From a virus (taxonomy: Duplodnaviria > Caudoviricetes), in the IMG/VR virus record IMGVR_UViG_3300028624_000003, positions 32,001 to 96,000 of that record: 64,000 nucleotides of DNA. One strand, 5' to 3'. Of the stretch, positions 21,039-30,358 are shown in pieces (positions within the stretch are counted from its first letter, which is position 1; the number at the start of each line of letters is the position of its first letter). A model generated the notes under the pieces. That model was not told where the DNA came from. It ran no database searches and saw nothing but the letters and a program-made list of their open reading frames with translations. Made by a program: the position numbers and the translations under genes.

Positions 21039-21704
21039 ATGTACGATCTTAACGTAATCGAAGCGGACGATGGACTCACCGGGTTTGCGCAAGAAAACTT
21101 TGTACCTGAACACCTCCAGGGTATGAACAGTGTAGTAGGTTCTGGAAATCCACTTGCATATACCAGAGAAGTAAACCGAAAGCTGTGCAACGGTCCTGTT
21201 GAGTTTGTGCGAGAAGCATCTCGTCTGCATCTTCACAGTACCGACCCCAACAACATGCGACTGTACATTTCCCCCAAGAATTCGTACGGTCTCAGTTATT
21301 TCCAGAACAAACTGAGCACACTGCTGTACTCACTGAAGTCCGATCAGACACTGACAATTCTCATCGGGTCCGGTGTGGATGAGTGGTGGTCAGTACCTAC
21401 ACTGGGTGCGGTACTCACTGCTATGCAGAATTGCCGAGGCAAAGTTGTCACTGTGGTCACCTCCAGATGCACGTTCGTCGAAAGTGTACTCTGGCTTTTT
21501 GGTAAGGAACGTGAGATATCTCCTTATGGTGAGGTGATGCTGATGGGTGCAGAAGGTATTCTCAACTCTGAGGTACAATATCTGAAGCCCATCTACGAGA
21601 GGATTTATCGGCGTGCACAAGAACTCGGAATGATCTCACCTGAGAAAGTCGAGGAACTTTGCACATCGAAAGAAGTACTTCGCTTCGGAAACTACGAAGG
21701 CTAA
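21039..21704 (+). CDS. Degenerate ClpP-like protein, probably inactive
   Basis: Collinear with the upstream gene (TILIGSG, AMQNCRGKVVT, LWLFG) but CTFVES and VMLMG replace the Ser and His motifs. Confidence 0.6.
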   Translation: MYDLNVIEADDGLTGFAQENFVPEHLQGMNSVVGSGNPLAYTREVNRKLCNGPVEFVREASRLHLHSTDPNNMRLYISPKNSYGLSYFQNKLSTLLYSLKSDQTLTILIGSGVDEWWSVPTLGAVLTAMQNCRGKVVTVVTSRCTFVESVLWLFGKEREISPYGEVMLMGAEGILNSEVQYLKPIYERIYRRAQELGMISPEKVEELCTSKEVLRFGNYEG

Positions 21705-21776
21705 TCCACAGGGTAGGGGGCAAAACCCCCTACCCTATGACGGAGTTATACACCACTTAACAGCTGGGTTATTCTC

Positions 21777-23894
21777 ATGATCCTATTCGAACGTGAAATA
21801 GAAGAAAAAGGCGCATACATTCATACGAAGACATCGAACATGTCATTTCTTCGGATGTATGCAATTCTGAAGAAAATGGGCATCAGTAACAACAAGTTCT
21901 TCCTGACTACATACGACAAAGAACTACTTACGATAGATGTGCAAAAAAATACAGATCCATCCCAAGAGTTAGCTGCGCGTATTGTACGAGAGTGCAAACT
22001 CAATCCTTGGTACTATTTGCGTGAAGTGATTCTCATTCCTGGTGCAGGTGAAGATATTCGATACGAACTAAATCGTGGTAATTTAGCACTAACTTGGTCG
22101 TATTTGAGTAATATTGACGTGTATCTAGTAATGGCTCGTCAGTGCGGTAAATCGATGTCCACACATGCTATCGTGTCTTGGGTTATATTTCTAGTAGCTG
22201 AGAAGTTCAACATGGCTATGCTTACGAAAGACATTATTCTTTTACAAGAAAACGTCAAACGTGTGCGAGACATAAGAAATGCGCTTCCTAAATATCTCAT
22301 TCACAGAGATAAACTGAAAGATACCGAAAACAAAACAGGTTTAGCTTACGCCGCATTGAACACGCAGTATCTCACATTTGTGGCACAACCAGAAGTTATG
22401 GCTGCAGCCAAACTTGCCCGCGGTATGTCGATATCGTCCGAACACTGGGACGAATTCGAATACTTCAAGAACATAGATCTCTCATATCCGTCAGCGGTTG
22501 CTGCCATGGGTGCAGCTGCAGAACAAGCAAAAGCACTTGGTCTTCCTCACACGAACATCATCACGTCCACTGCCGGAAAGTTAAACTCTCCTGAAACTCA
22601 GTATGCGTTGAAACTCATCTCGCAAGCAATGCCGTTCAGTGAAACGCTATACGACTGCAGAGATAAACAGCATCTCCATGAAGTAGTTTCTACAAACTCT
22701 ACGAATAAGATGCTGTATGCAGTATTTTCGTATCTGCAGTTGGATAAATCACATGCATGGTTTAAGGAAACTACAGTTAAAACTGGTGGTACTCCTGAAG
22801 AAATTGCTCGCGACTATCTAAACCTACGTCAAGCAGGTATCGAAGGAAGTATTATTCCTGCTTTGACTTTGGACAAGATAAAGAAGTCACAAGAAGAACC
22901 AACGAAGACTACAATAATGGGCGGTTACGCTTTTCGTTGGTATCAGGATCCTGAGCTATTACTGAACAACAAACTGTATAAGCGACCGCTTATCATGGGC
23001 CTCGATACTTCCGAAAATATCGGACAGGACTTTACCACACTCGTAATCGTAGATGCGACGGACTTATCAGTGGTAGGTACTGCGAAGTGCAACGAAGCAG
23101 ACCTCATTAAGTTCGCTACATTCCTCGGTGAATTCATGGCCAAACACGATCATTTGTTCTTGGTGCCTGAAAGAAAGAGCACCGCCCTGATCATGCTAGG
23201 CATCATCTGTGCGATACTCCGCAAAGCGGGAACGAACCCATGGACCCGTATATTCAACCAAGTGTTTCAGAATCGTACATCTGAGCCATACTGCAAAATA
23301 GATGTCACAGATTCATCTGCTGAGACGGGAGCGAATAAGAAGTATCTCGGGTATGTGACTGCAGGTAGTGGAGAAATGTCACGAAACACTCTCTACAAAG
23401 TTACACTCATGAAGACATTGGAACTCAACGCTACTAGAATCAAAGACCAGTCTCTCATCGACGAGTTGTGCCAGCTGACACTGAAGAACGATAGAATCGA
23501 CCACAGTGCAGGCGGGCATGACGACATGGTCATCGCGTATCTCTTAGCCTGTTGGTTTGTACTCTATGGTAAGAACATCAATCTGTATCGACTCAACAGA
23601 AATGACTTCTTGTCAGGAGTAACCAACACTGGTGACAAAATAGATCCGACAGAAAAGAAAGCGCTGGAAGAAATTCGAGCGCGTGTAGAAGAAGTCAAGC
23701 AGATGCTCAGAAATACGAGATTCCCTGCAGTACGCAGTTCGTTGATCCGGGAACTGACGCACCTAGAATCATTACTCGGAGAAGAAGCAGAAAACTCTTC
23801 TGATGCAGTAGTACGAGAAGAAGATATCTCGGGAAAGATGCAGACCATGGATCCATCCGTGATGATTTCGGCAATTCGTGCAATGTACTTGTAA
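21777..23894 (+). CDS. terL: Terminase large subunit
   Basis: NPWYYLRE, Walker A ARQCGKS, Walker B HWDE, TSTAG coupling motif, nuclease GLDTS and GHDDMVIA. Confidence 0.92.
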   Translation: MILFEREIEEKGAYIHTKTSNMSFLRMYAILKKMGISNNKFFLTTYDKELLTIDVQKNTDPSQELAARIVRECKLNPWYYLREVILIPGAGEDIRYELNRGNLALTWSYLSNIDVYLVMARQCGKSMSTHAIVSWVIFLVAEKFNMAMLTKDIILLQENVKRVRDIRNALPKYLIHRDKLKDTENKTGLAYAALNTQYLTFVAQPEVMAAAKLARGMSISSEHWDEFEYFKNIDLSYPSAVAAMGAAAEQAKALGLPHTNIITSTAGKLNSPETQYALKLISQAMPFSETLYDCRDKQHLHEVVSTNSTNKMLYAVFSYLQLDKSHAWFKETTVKTGGTPEEIARDYLNLRQAGIEGSIIPALTLDKIKKSQEEPTKTTIMGGYAFRWYQDPELLLNNKLYKRPLIMGLDTSENIGQDFTTLVIVDATDLSVVGTAKCNEADLIKFATFLGEFMAKHDHLFLVPERKSTALIMLGIICAILRKAGTNPWTRIFNQVFQNRTSEPYCKIDVTDSSAETGANKKYLGYVTAGSGEMSRNTLYKVTLMKTLELNATRIKDQSLIDELCQLTLKNDRIDHSAGGHDDMVIAYLLACWFVLYGKNINLYRLNRNDFLSGVTNTGDKIDPTEKKALEEIRARVEEVKQMLRNTRFPAVRSSLIRELTHLESLLGEEAENSSDAVVREEDISGKMQTMDPSVMISAIRAMYL

Positions 23895-24053
23895 TCACAG
23901 TAGAGAGGTCGGAGATCCGACCTCTCTACTATCGTACTTTATGTCAAAAATATAAGTCCTGTGGCGTACTCCAGAAAGTAACAAAAATTAACAAAACTAC
24001 TCCAATAAATCCCACACAGTGTGTAAGGATTATGTCATTCTGTCTAATTCAAA

Positions 24054-24071
24054 TATATATTACTAATTTGA
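24054..24071 (+). promoter_or_regulatory. Phage early-type promoter motif
   Basis: TATATATTAC-taatt-TGA. Confidence 0.7.
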
Positions 24072-24107
24072 TCCCTATCCAAAATAATCAAACTCAAGGA
24101 GTTTACC

Positions 24108-24647
24108 ATGTTTAAGGAAACATTCAAATTTATCAGACTCATGCTCGCTCACATTGTCAAAGTCTACCATCGTCACCGGATCTCTACGCGGATTGAGAAA
24201 AGAATCCGCAAAGAGGAAGTCAAGCAAGTAAAGGGGATTTACATGGTAGTCGACACGGGTACAGTCGCAGCCGTGACCGGTATCACGGATGATCCGTGCG
24301 CTGCTGCGCTACAGTACAACGTTGTCGAAGCCACCGCACGCGGGTTCGTTCCTACGACTCGTAGGATCATCGTCATAAATGACGAACTAAATCGCACAAA
24401 TGATAAGACCCTGGTTGCCGCAATATCCCTCCACGAATTTGCCCACCACTATTTCGACCACTTGAAAGATGGTTCCCGAGAAGGGACCATCGAAGTGGAG
24501 TTTGAGGCAGACAGGTACGTATTCGATCATAACCGTGAAGCAGCGGTGGCACTCGAAGCGTATCTGAGAAAATCCGGAGAGAAGTACAACAACATCACAT
24601 CTCTCCGGAGAGCTACAAGATTAACGGCCCTGTTGGAAAGAGAATAA
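24108..24647 (+). CDS. HExxH zinc metallopeptidase-like protein
   Basis: LHEFAHHYFDH followed by EFEADRY. Confidence 0.75.
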   Translation: MFKETFKFIRLMLAHIVKVYHRHRISTRIEKRIRKEEVKQVKGIYMVVDTGTVAAVTGITDDPCAAALQYNVVEATARGFVPTTRRIIVINDELNRTNDKTLVAAISLHEFAHHYFDHLKDGSREGTIEVEFEADRYVFDHNREAAVALEAYLRKSGEKYNNITSLRRATRLTALLERE

Positions 24648-24707
24648 TGGCATGACTCGAGATAGATGGGGGTACCAAAAGTACCCCCATCTCATTTAAT
24701 TTTTGTG

Positions 24708-24725
24708 TATACATTACTACAATGA
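24708..24725 (+). promoter_or_regulatory. Phage early-type promoter motif
   Basis: TATACATTAC-tacaa-TGA. Confidence 0.7.
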
Positions 24726-24763
24726 ACCACTTCTTTAACCCTAAATATTTGGAGAGCTCTACC

Positions 24764-25252
24764 ATGAACGACGCAAAAGTAAACGTGAGTGCAGCAGCTG
24801 TTGAAGTGTTCGGTAACGTGATGGCCGGCGTAACTCAGGAATACATTCTTGCGAGTAAGGATCGTATCTACATAGTGGAACCGGTGAAGGATGCCATCAA
24901 GAAGGAAGATCTCTTCTACGTTCCTGCCACGCTTGCGCTCAGCATGTACAAGATCGTACTCGAAGCCATGAACCCGAACATGCTGCACCCCACTGAAAAC
25001 CGGGTAGTGACAAAGAAGGAAGCCGAGTCTCGCGTTTTCACCAAGCGGGCGGACCCTGCTACGATTCACAACCTCACTCACCGGTTCATTTCGGCTCTCG
25101 GTGATGTGGATCTGATAGAGATGCACTCATTGTGCTATCGTGCACTGTCTGAAATGATCACACTGAACAAGGCTGTGATCTCTAAGCCTGTCCGGATCAA
25201 GATGGTACAGGAACTCGTCGGTCTCATCAAATCCACGTTCAATGTCAACTAG
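24764..25252 (+). CDS. Hypothetical protein
   Basis: GGAG RBS before ATG 24764; the 24722 ATG lies inside the promoter motif. Confidence 0.75.
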   Translation: MNDAKVNVSAAAVEVFGNVMAGVTQEYILASKDRIYIVEPVKDAIKKEDLFYVPATLALSMYKIVLEAMNPNMLHPTENRVVTKKEAESRVFTKRADPATIHNLTHRFISALGDVDLIEMHSLCYRALSEMITLNKAVISKPVRIKMVQELVGLIKSTFNVN

Positions 25253-25808
25253 ACTGGCAGAGTTTGCGCACGCAATAAACAGGAAAGGAATACACATGAA
25301 CAAGCTCAGCAGTACGATACTGGACTTTCCGGAAATCAAAATCGTGGACGGAAGCGAATGCTGTAAATTTCTGTTTCCCCGCAGAAAAGCCGTATGGTGT
25401 GAAGAATACGGAGCAATGGTGTTTCATGAGGCAGGACGTGACGAACTGATTTCCCAAGTGCTGAGCGTTGGCGGGGAAAAGCTGACGCACGGCGACGAAG
25501 TGTATCTTAAGCTTTTTGCCAATACCATCGAGAGCGCAACGAAGGCTAGCGAAATCATCGCAGATCATGACGATGTCATAGAAGCTGTACTGACACGTAC
25601 CGTGAGTTTGCGCACGACTTGCAAAAACGTGGCAGTTATTTCGATTTACTACGAAGTGCGTGGAGACTTGGCGTGTATCGAGTCCATACATTTCCAGAAC
25701 ATCAGAGACAGAGCGACGTTCGAAGAACTGATCGACCCTGTCAAGATCTACAAGAAATACTTCAGCGCAAAATGGACGCGTTGCTTAGTGAGTACATGGG
25801 CCAAATAG
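25242..25808 (+). CDS. Hypothetical protein
   Basis: 188 aa ORF; start uncertain. Confidence 0.65.
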   Translation: MSTRLAEFAHAINRKGIHMNKLSSTILDFPEIKIVDGSECCKFLFPRRKAVWCEEYGAMVFHEAGRDELISQVLSVGGEKLTHGDEVYLKLFANTIESATKASEIIADHDDVIEAVLTRTVSLRTTCKNVAVISIYYEVRGDLACIESIHFQNIRDRATFEELIDPVKIYKKYFSAKWTRCLVSTWAK

Positions 25809-25848
25809 GGCCCATGTACTCCACATCCCTCCGTAGTACATCTGGCAA

Positions 25849-26157
25849 ATGTACACAAGAAAAGACTCAGGAGAACTCGCGTGTATCGTTACGGAAATAC
25901 TCGCAGATACTGCGAAGTACTACAGGAAAGATTACTTGAGAAAAACAGACATCTCGCAGGTGCAGAAAGAGTAGGTAACTGATCCGGAATGCGTGATCGG
26001 GTTCTACGATAAGATCAATGGTTTGCACTGGGCGGTCAATCGTGAAGTACCCGAACCGTCGATGTTCATGAATGCTCGACAAAAACTGCAGTTACAAATT
26101 CTGCAGCGAATTCTGTACTACCGAGGACTCAACAGCCTTCAGCTCGAGTTCGATTGA
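25849..26157 (+). pseudogene. Possible interrupted gene
   Basis: Frame from ATG 25849 to TGA 26157 broken by a single TAG at 25972. Confidence 0.35.
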
Positions 26158-26197
26158 GCGGCAGGATTTACTTCATCACTAAAAGAGGATACAACAA

Positions 26198-26731
26198 ATG
26201 CAGATACACGTAAAGACGGAAGAATATCGTGAATGGTACGTCACCTACATAAGGGAATACGAGCCTCGTTTTTGTATACCTAGAGGTAAAGGGGAGTGTG
26301 CCATCACAATGGCACACCCGGCCATAAACATCTCGTTAGGTCTTGCATTTTGTAAAGCGACTGAATCTTACGGTCTCACCGGATGGGAGTACAGAATGGA
26401 TACCGCAGAGCGTCTGTTCTATGCTGAGATCAATGATTGTACTTGCGCCGTTGGTGTGAGCATACTTCACACACTGCGTGATCATGCTTCACGTTGTATA
26501 CCTGAATCTTACGAAGACTTCAGATACACACAACTTCTTCATGCGCGTACAGTAGAAGAAGATTTTTCGGAGTGCACGATAGGCTCGAGTAAGGGAAGCT
26601 ATCCTTTCACTGAGCACAGGATCGATTTCGACTCCAAACGTAGCGAGATGTCTCTGTACAGGATGCGTGATGAGATTCAAAAAGATCACTTAAAATTGTG
26701 CAGGTCAATGTCGCCGTACTACGAAAGGTAA
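26198..26731 (+). CDS. Hypothetical protein
   Basis: GAGG RBS, 177 aa, followed by a hairpin. Confidence 0.75.
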   Translation: MQIHVKTEEYREWYVTYIREYEPRFCIPRGKGECAITMAHPAINISLGLAFCKATESYGLTGWEYRMDTAERLFYAEINDCTCAVGVSILHTLRDHASRCIPESYEDFRYTQLLHARTVEEDFSECTIGSSKGSYPFTEHRIDFDSKRSEMSLYRMRDEIQKDHLKLCRSMSPYYER

Positions 26732-27211
26732 AATGAATGGTAGAGAGGACCGGTGAAGGTCCTCTCTACTTGTGCAGTTGTTCTATTTCTTTTTATTTGA
26801 GACATGATTTCCATTTACTACAAATATGCTCAGACACACTGAGCATATCTACGCTACTCTCTTTAAATATCGACTAGCTTGATGCACTCTTCCCTTTGGG
26901 AAACCATGAGTATATATTCCTTTAGAGATAGACTCAGTAGAGTCTATCTCTGGTTGTTCTCAGTATACTTCTTCTCTTACCAAGAAAGGATGTCGAGTAC
27001 TCCGTACTCTCCTCTTAATACAAACAGACTTCGTCTGTCGCTGGGGTTTTCGAGGAGTTTCCAAGTTCTCCTCTTCTCGTGAGAGAAGAGTCGAGGTAGG
27101 TGCTTTCGCATTTTATAATTGTACATGTAAAAAATTACAACAGTGTACACCCTAGCTATGTATGGGTGCAATGCCCCAATGCTATGTATTCTCTACAACG
27201 GGAGCATAACC

Positions 27212-28483
27212 ATGTGTGCACAACAGCTTCGTACTGGATTCATGTCAATACCTGAGGTAAACACACCTATCTCAGTAGAGCTGATAAACAAAATTGACAA
27301 CTACTGCAGATATTTCGAGACCAGAGGTGAGAACGGTCTTGCTTTGAATACCCCATATCTTGGGGTTCATCAGATTTCTTTTACCAGATTCGATCGTGAT
27401 CTCTTTTACGCTGCAGTAGAAGTAGAAGAACCCGTAATCAAAGCGGTGATCAGAAAAGTAGACTACATCAGTCCCTCCTGGAATGTCCTAGGGGATCCGA
27501 TGAACCATCTGATCATTTATCTGGCTCACAGAACTATCACATCAAAACTCACTGCAGCTGAAATAGATAAGGGTCTGTTAGCTCTGTTCAAGATACTGCA
27601 CTACAAATTGTTCACATCACTTCTATTCAAGCGATTTGAACATGGTGCAAATCCTGACATCATGGAAGCTGTAGTAAACAGTTTGTCGAAGAAATTCGAC
27701 CTCATTGCTTACAAGACATGGAAAGGTGTAATCGAGGCACGCAGCCGTGCTGTATTTGATGCAGGGTCCGACGTAGACAAGGATGCATTGCACTTGACTA
27801 CTCTGCAGAACTATGACGACGACAAGAAGATCTGTTATGTCATCAGCGATATACAGACCAGACTCAGAAACAAGATTAATCTGATCACTGAACAGTATTA
27901 CAAATTCAAGGAGTCCGGGGATCGTATCGCATCTTACGGACACGTGGACACTATCGACGGTGAAAAGGTTATTGCAGATTCGTCCAACGTCATGGACTCA
28001 ATGCTCAGTTCCATGCTCGTCGAATGTCAGAACCCATCGAGGTTCATAGAGAATGAACTCATCCAAGTACTGAGCACGAAGTTTCAGTATGTCAACGAAG
28101 ACGCGATGAGATCAATACTCATACGGTTTGCTGAGCTCGGATCAGTCCAAGCGCAGTCTGGTGAACTGCAGAAAGTGGTCAAACCGCGCGGACAAGATGA
28201 GTACTACGTGGGGGTAGGTATTCTCGTGAGAGAGCTTCTCCAGAAAACGTACCGTCTCTGTCAGCTGGATAAAGTGAACATGAATTCGAAAGGTGCAATC
28301 CTTACAAAGGTAATGAACATCTATACGAGTTCACGTATCACTGACGATAACGTCATTAAGATCAAACGGAGTTTCTACAACTTTGTTTTGACATGTGGTG
28401 AATCTCGTCGAGAATCCACTAACGCATCACTCGCAATCGCCATGATTCTGTACATCATGATTCGATCGTTCCGATACCTTTAG
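27212..28483 (+). CDS. Conserved-type jumbo phage protein, probably structural
   Basis: About 420 aa; GGAG RBS before ATG 27212. Confidence 0.7.
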   Translation: MCAQQLRTGFMSIPEVNTPISVELINKIDNYCRYFETRGENGLALNTPYLGVHQISFTRFDRDLFYAAVEVEEPVIKAVIRKVDYISPSWNVLGDPMNHLIIYLAHRTITSKLTAAEIDKGLLALFKILHYKLFTSLLFKRFEHGANPDIMEAVVNSLSKKFDLIAYKTWKGVIEARSRAVFDAGSDVDKDALHLTTLQNYDDDKKICYVISDIQTRLRNKINLITEQYYKFKESGDRIASYGHVDTIDGEKVIADSSNVMDSMLSSMLVECQNPSRFIENELIQVLSTKFQYVNEDAMRSILIRFAELGSVQAQSGELQKVVKPRGQDEYYVGVGILVRELLQKTYRLCQLDKVNMNSKGAILTKVMNIYTSSRITDDNVIKIKRSFYNFVLTCGESRRESTNASLAIAMILYIMIRSFRYL

Positions 28484-28517
28484 AAAGAAACTGAGAGGGT
28501 CGCAGGATCCTCTCAGT

Positions 28518-29000
28518 GTGGGGAAAGTTGTGTGCAAAATAGTATTTTTGGATATTGATGGAGTGCTCCTCACATTCCGTCCTGAACGGTATTTCGATGA
28601 GGATTGCTACACCTATAACACGGATATTCTCGAGATCTTTATCAAGATGCTGGAAGAAACCGACGCTGAGCTAGTTCTAATCAGTGTCATTGCATCTCAC
28701 CCAAATCCGTTTGATTGGATCAGGAAGAGTGATTCCGCACTGGCGTACAGATTACGGGCTAGACTACATCCAGTATGGAAGATCGATGATGTAACAGTAC
28801 ACAGAGGAGCAAGTATCGGTAGATGGTTGAAGTGGAATGAGATCTCTCCGAAGAAAGCCGTAGTCATAGACGACTCGATACATGGACACGATCCTGACCA
28901 GTACGGATATCACTTCATAAAGTGCACAACAGAGTACGGTATGGGGTTTCATCAACTGGATGATCTGTACATGTGCCTCAAACAAAAAGATTCAGAGTAG
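28518..29000 (+). CDS. HAD-superfamily protein (Swiss-Army-knife RNA-repair type)
   Basis: FLDIDGVL, VLIS, RG..I..WL and VVIDD motifs. Confidence 0.75.
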   Translation: MGKVVCKIVFLDIDGVLLTFRPERYFDEDCYTYNTDILEIFIKMLEETDAELVLISVIASHPNPFDWIRKSDSALAYRLRARLHPVWKIDDVTVHRGASIGRWLKWNEISPKKAVVIDDSIHGHDPDQYGYHFIKCTTEYGMGFHQLDDLYMCLKQKDSE

Positions 29001-29034
29001 AGCAGATAGGGAGTCTCGCGACTCCCTATCTGTT

Positions 29035-29439
29035 TTATTTTTCTTCAGGTTCTTCCACATCAGGAAGCGGATCGAGTGTAAATTGGACCACAAGGATGTC
29101 GGGCTCTCCTGTGATCAGTGCCTTGAGTACTCGATGGTGGCCATCCATGATTCTCCCATCTTCTCCGAGGATGATGGGGTACTGAAGATCTGCAGCCATC
29201 GCTACACGAGCGTGGTATGCAATCTCAAGATAATCACCTTTACCTACCGTGGGGAACTTCGACTTCAGCTCGATCGCTCTTAAGTCTTTGATAGGAAGAC
29301 GGAATCTTGGTAGATCTGCAGACAGTGAGATCAGATTGTCCACGTACCACGATTTTCCTTCGTAGGTATGTCTCTGTCTTGATGTCTCTGCAGGCTCGAA
29401 ATTTTCCGGATCTTCCATGAGTCGTTGAATATGTTTCAC
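29035..29439 (-). CDS. ParB/Srx N-terminal-like protein
   Basis: ADLQYPII...IMDGHHRVLKA. Confidence 0.7.
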   Translation of the reverse strand: MKHIQRLMEDPENFEPAETSRQRHTYEGKSWYVDNLISLSADLPRFRLPIKDLRAIELKSKFPTVGKGDYLEIAYHARVAMAADLQYPIILGEDGRIMDGHHRVLKALITGEPDILVVQFTLDPLPDVEEPEEK

Positions 29440-29448
29440 TGTAGACTC

Positions 29449-30273
29449 CTATACTGCGTCCATGATTCTGGCACGACGTCTTTCAGGATCGAGTATGGTA
29501 CTGGCACCATTGAAAGCTCGCATGAGGTCGTTGTAACGATCTTCCTGGTCTGCATACGACTCACATATGCGCTTCATCTCGCCGAGCTGCTGACCACCTT
29601 CAAGAAATGCCAGTTCGGTTTTGATGATCAGTGTGTTATAGATGTACGACTTTACCGCACATGTCACGAGGTCTACGAGAGGCATTATTGCTTGCTCGTT
29701 GATGTTCGTGAATTCTTCGTCATACCCCAGCCGACACTCCAGTATCCAGTCTACATTCTGCAGCTGAGAAATGTTGTTGGGACTGAGCTGTACCAAGTTC
29801 CCAGAACGGAGTATCGGCGTAGGAAGTTCCATCACTCCTGAGTAGGTATGTGAACCCAAAATCTGTGAATTGAGTGCGTCCATGGTGGTACCAGAGAGTA
29901 CACTACCTGGGCCTCCCGATGGAGCTTGCAATCCGTCGTACAGTGCATACGGAAACCGCAACCCTAGTACTTTGGTAATTGGCTGATGCTCTCGTGCTTC
30001 CGGTGGTACACGATAAAGACTGAAGGTCATACTGTTTCCCCAGATAAAGGGAGATGGGGTGGATGATGGTTCTACCCATCCACTCTTCAGTACAATATCC
30101 TTACGTCGTCCACCCATCAGATTGCAGTCTTCCAATACTCGAGGAATGATCACCTCGTTGAGTATGGCGTCTGTCAATTTCATATTGGGACCGACAGGAA
30201 ATGCTTTCAATAGAATCTGTTCGGGGATAGAGTAGGTGATCTTTCTCATACACGCTTCAATTGCATTATGCAT
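29449..30273 (-). CDS. Conserved-type jumbo phage structural protein
   Basis: 274 aa, GGAGG RBS; VKSYIYN and GGQQLG segments. Confidence 0.65.
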   Translation of the reverse strand: MHNAIEACMRKITYSIPEQILLKAFPVGPNMKLTDAILNEVIIPRVLEDCNLMGGRRKDIVLKSGWVEPSSTPSPFIWGNSMTFSLYRVPPEAREHQPITKVLGLRFPYALYDGLQAPSGGPGSVLSGTTMDALNSQILGSHTYSGVMELPTPILRSGNLVQLSPNNISQLQNVDWILECRLGYDEEFTNINEQAIMPLVDLVTCAVKSYIYNTLIIKTELAFLEGGQQLGEMKRICESYADQEDRYNDLMRAFNGASTILDPERRRARIMDAV

Positions 30274-30340
30274 CGTATTCCTCCAATGCAGTAGGTTCTA
30301 TAGGATTGACCCTTATCTGTAAATCCGTCAACATTTCGAG

Positions 30341-30358
30341 TATACATTACAAACGTGA
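30341..30358 (+). promoter_or_regulatory. Phage early-type promoter motif upstream of the candidate ncRNA
   Basis: TATACATTAC-aaacg-TGA, an exact match to the window consensus. Confidence 0.75.

Noticed and set aside
25972-25974. TAG stop-codon recoding
   Set aside because: Portal, MYG1, sheath, tube and polymerase genes end at TAG next to hairpins or the following gene, and long genes have no internal TAG.
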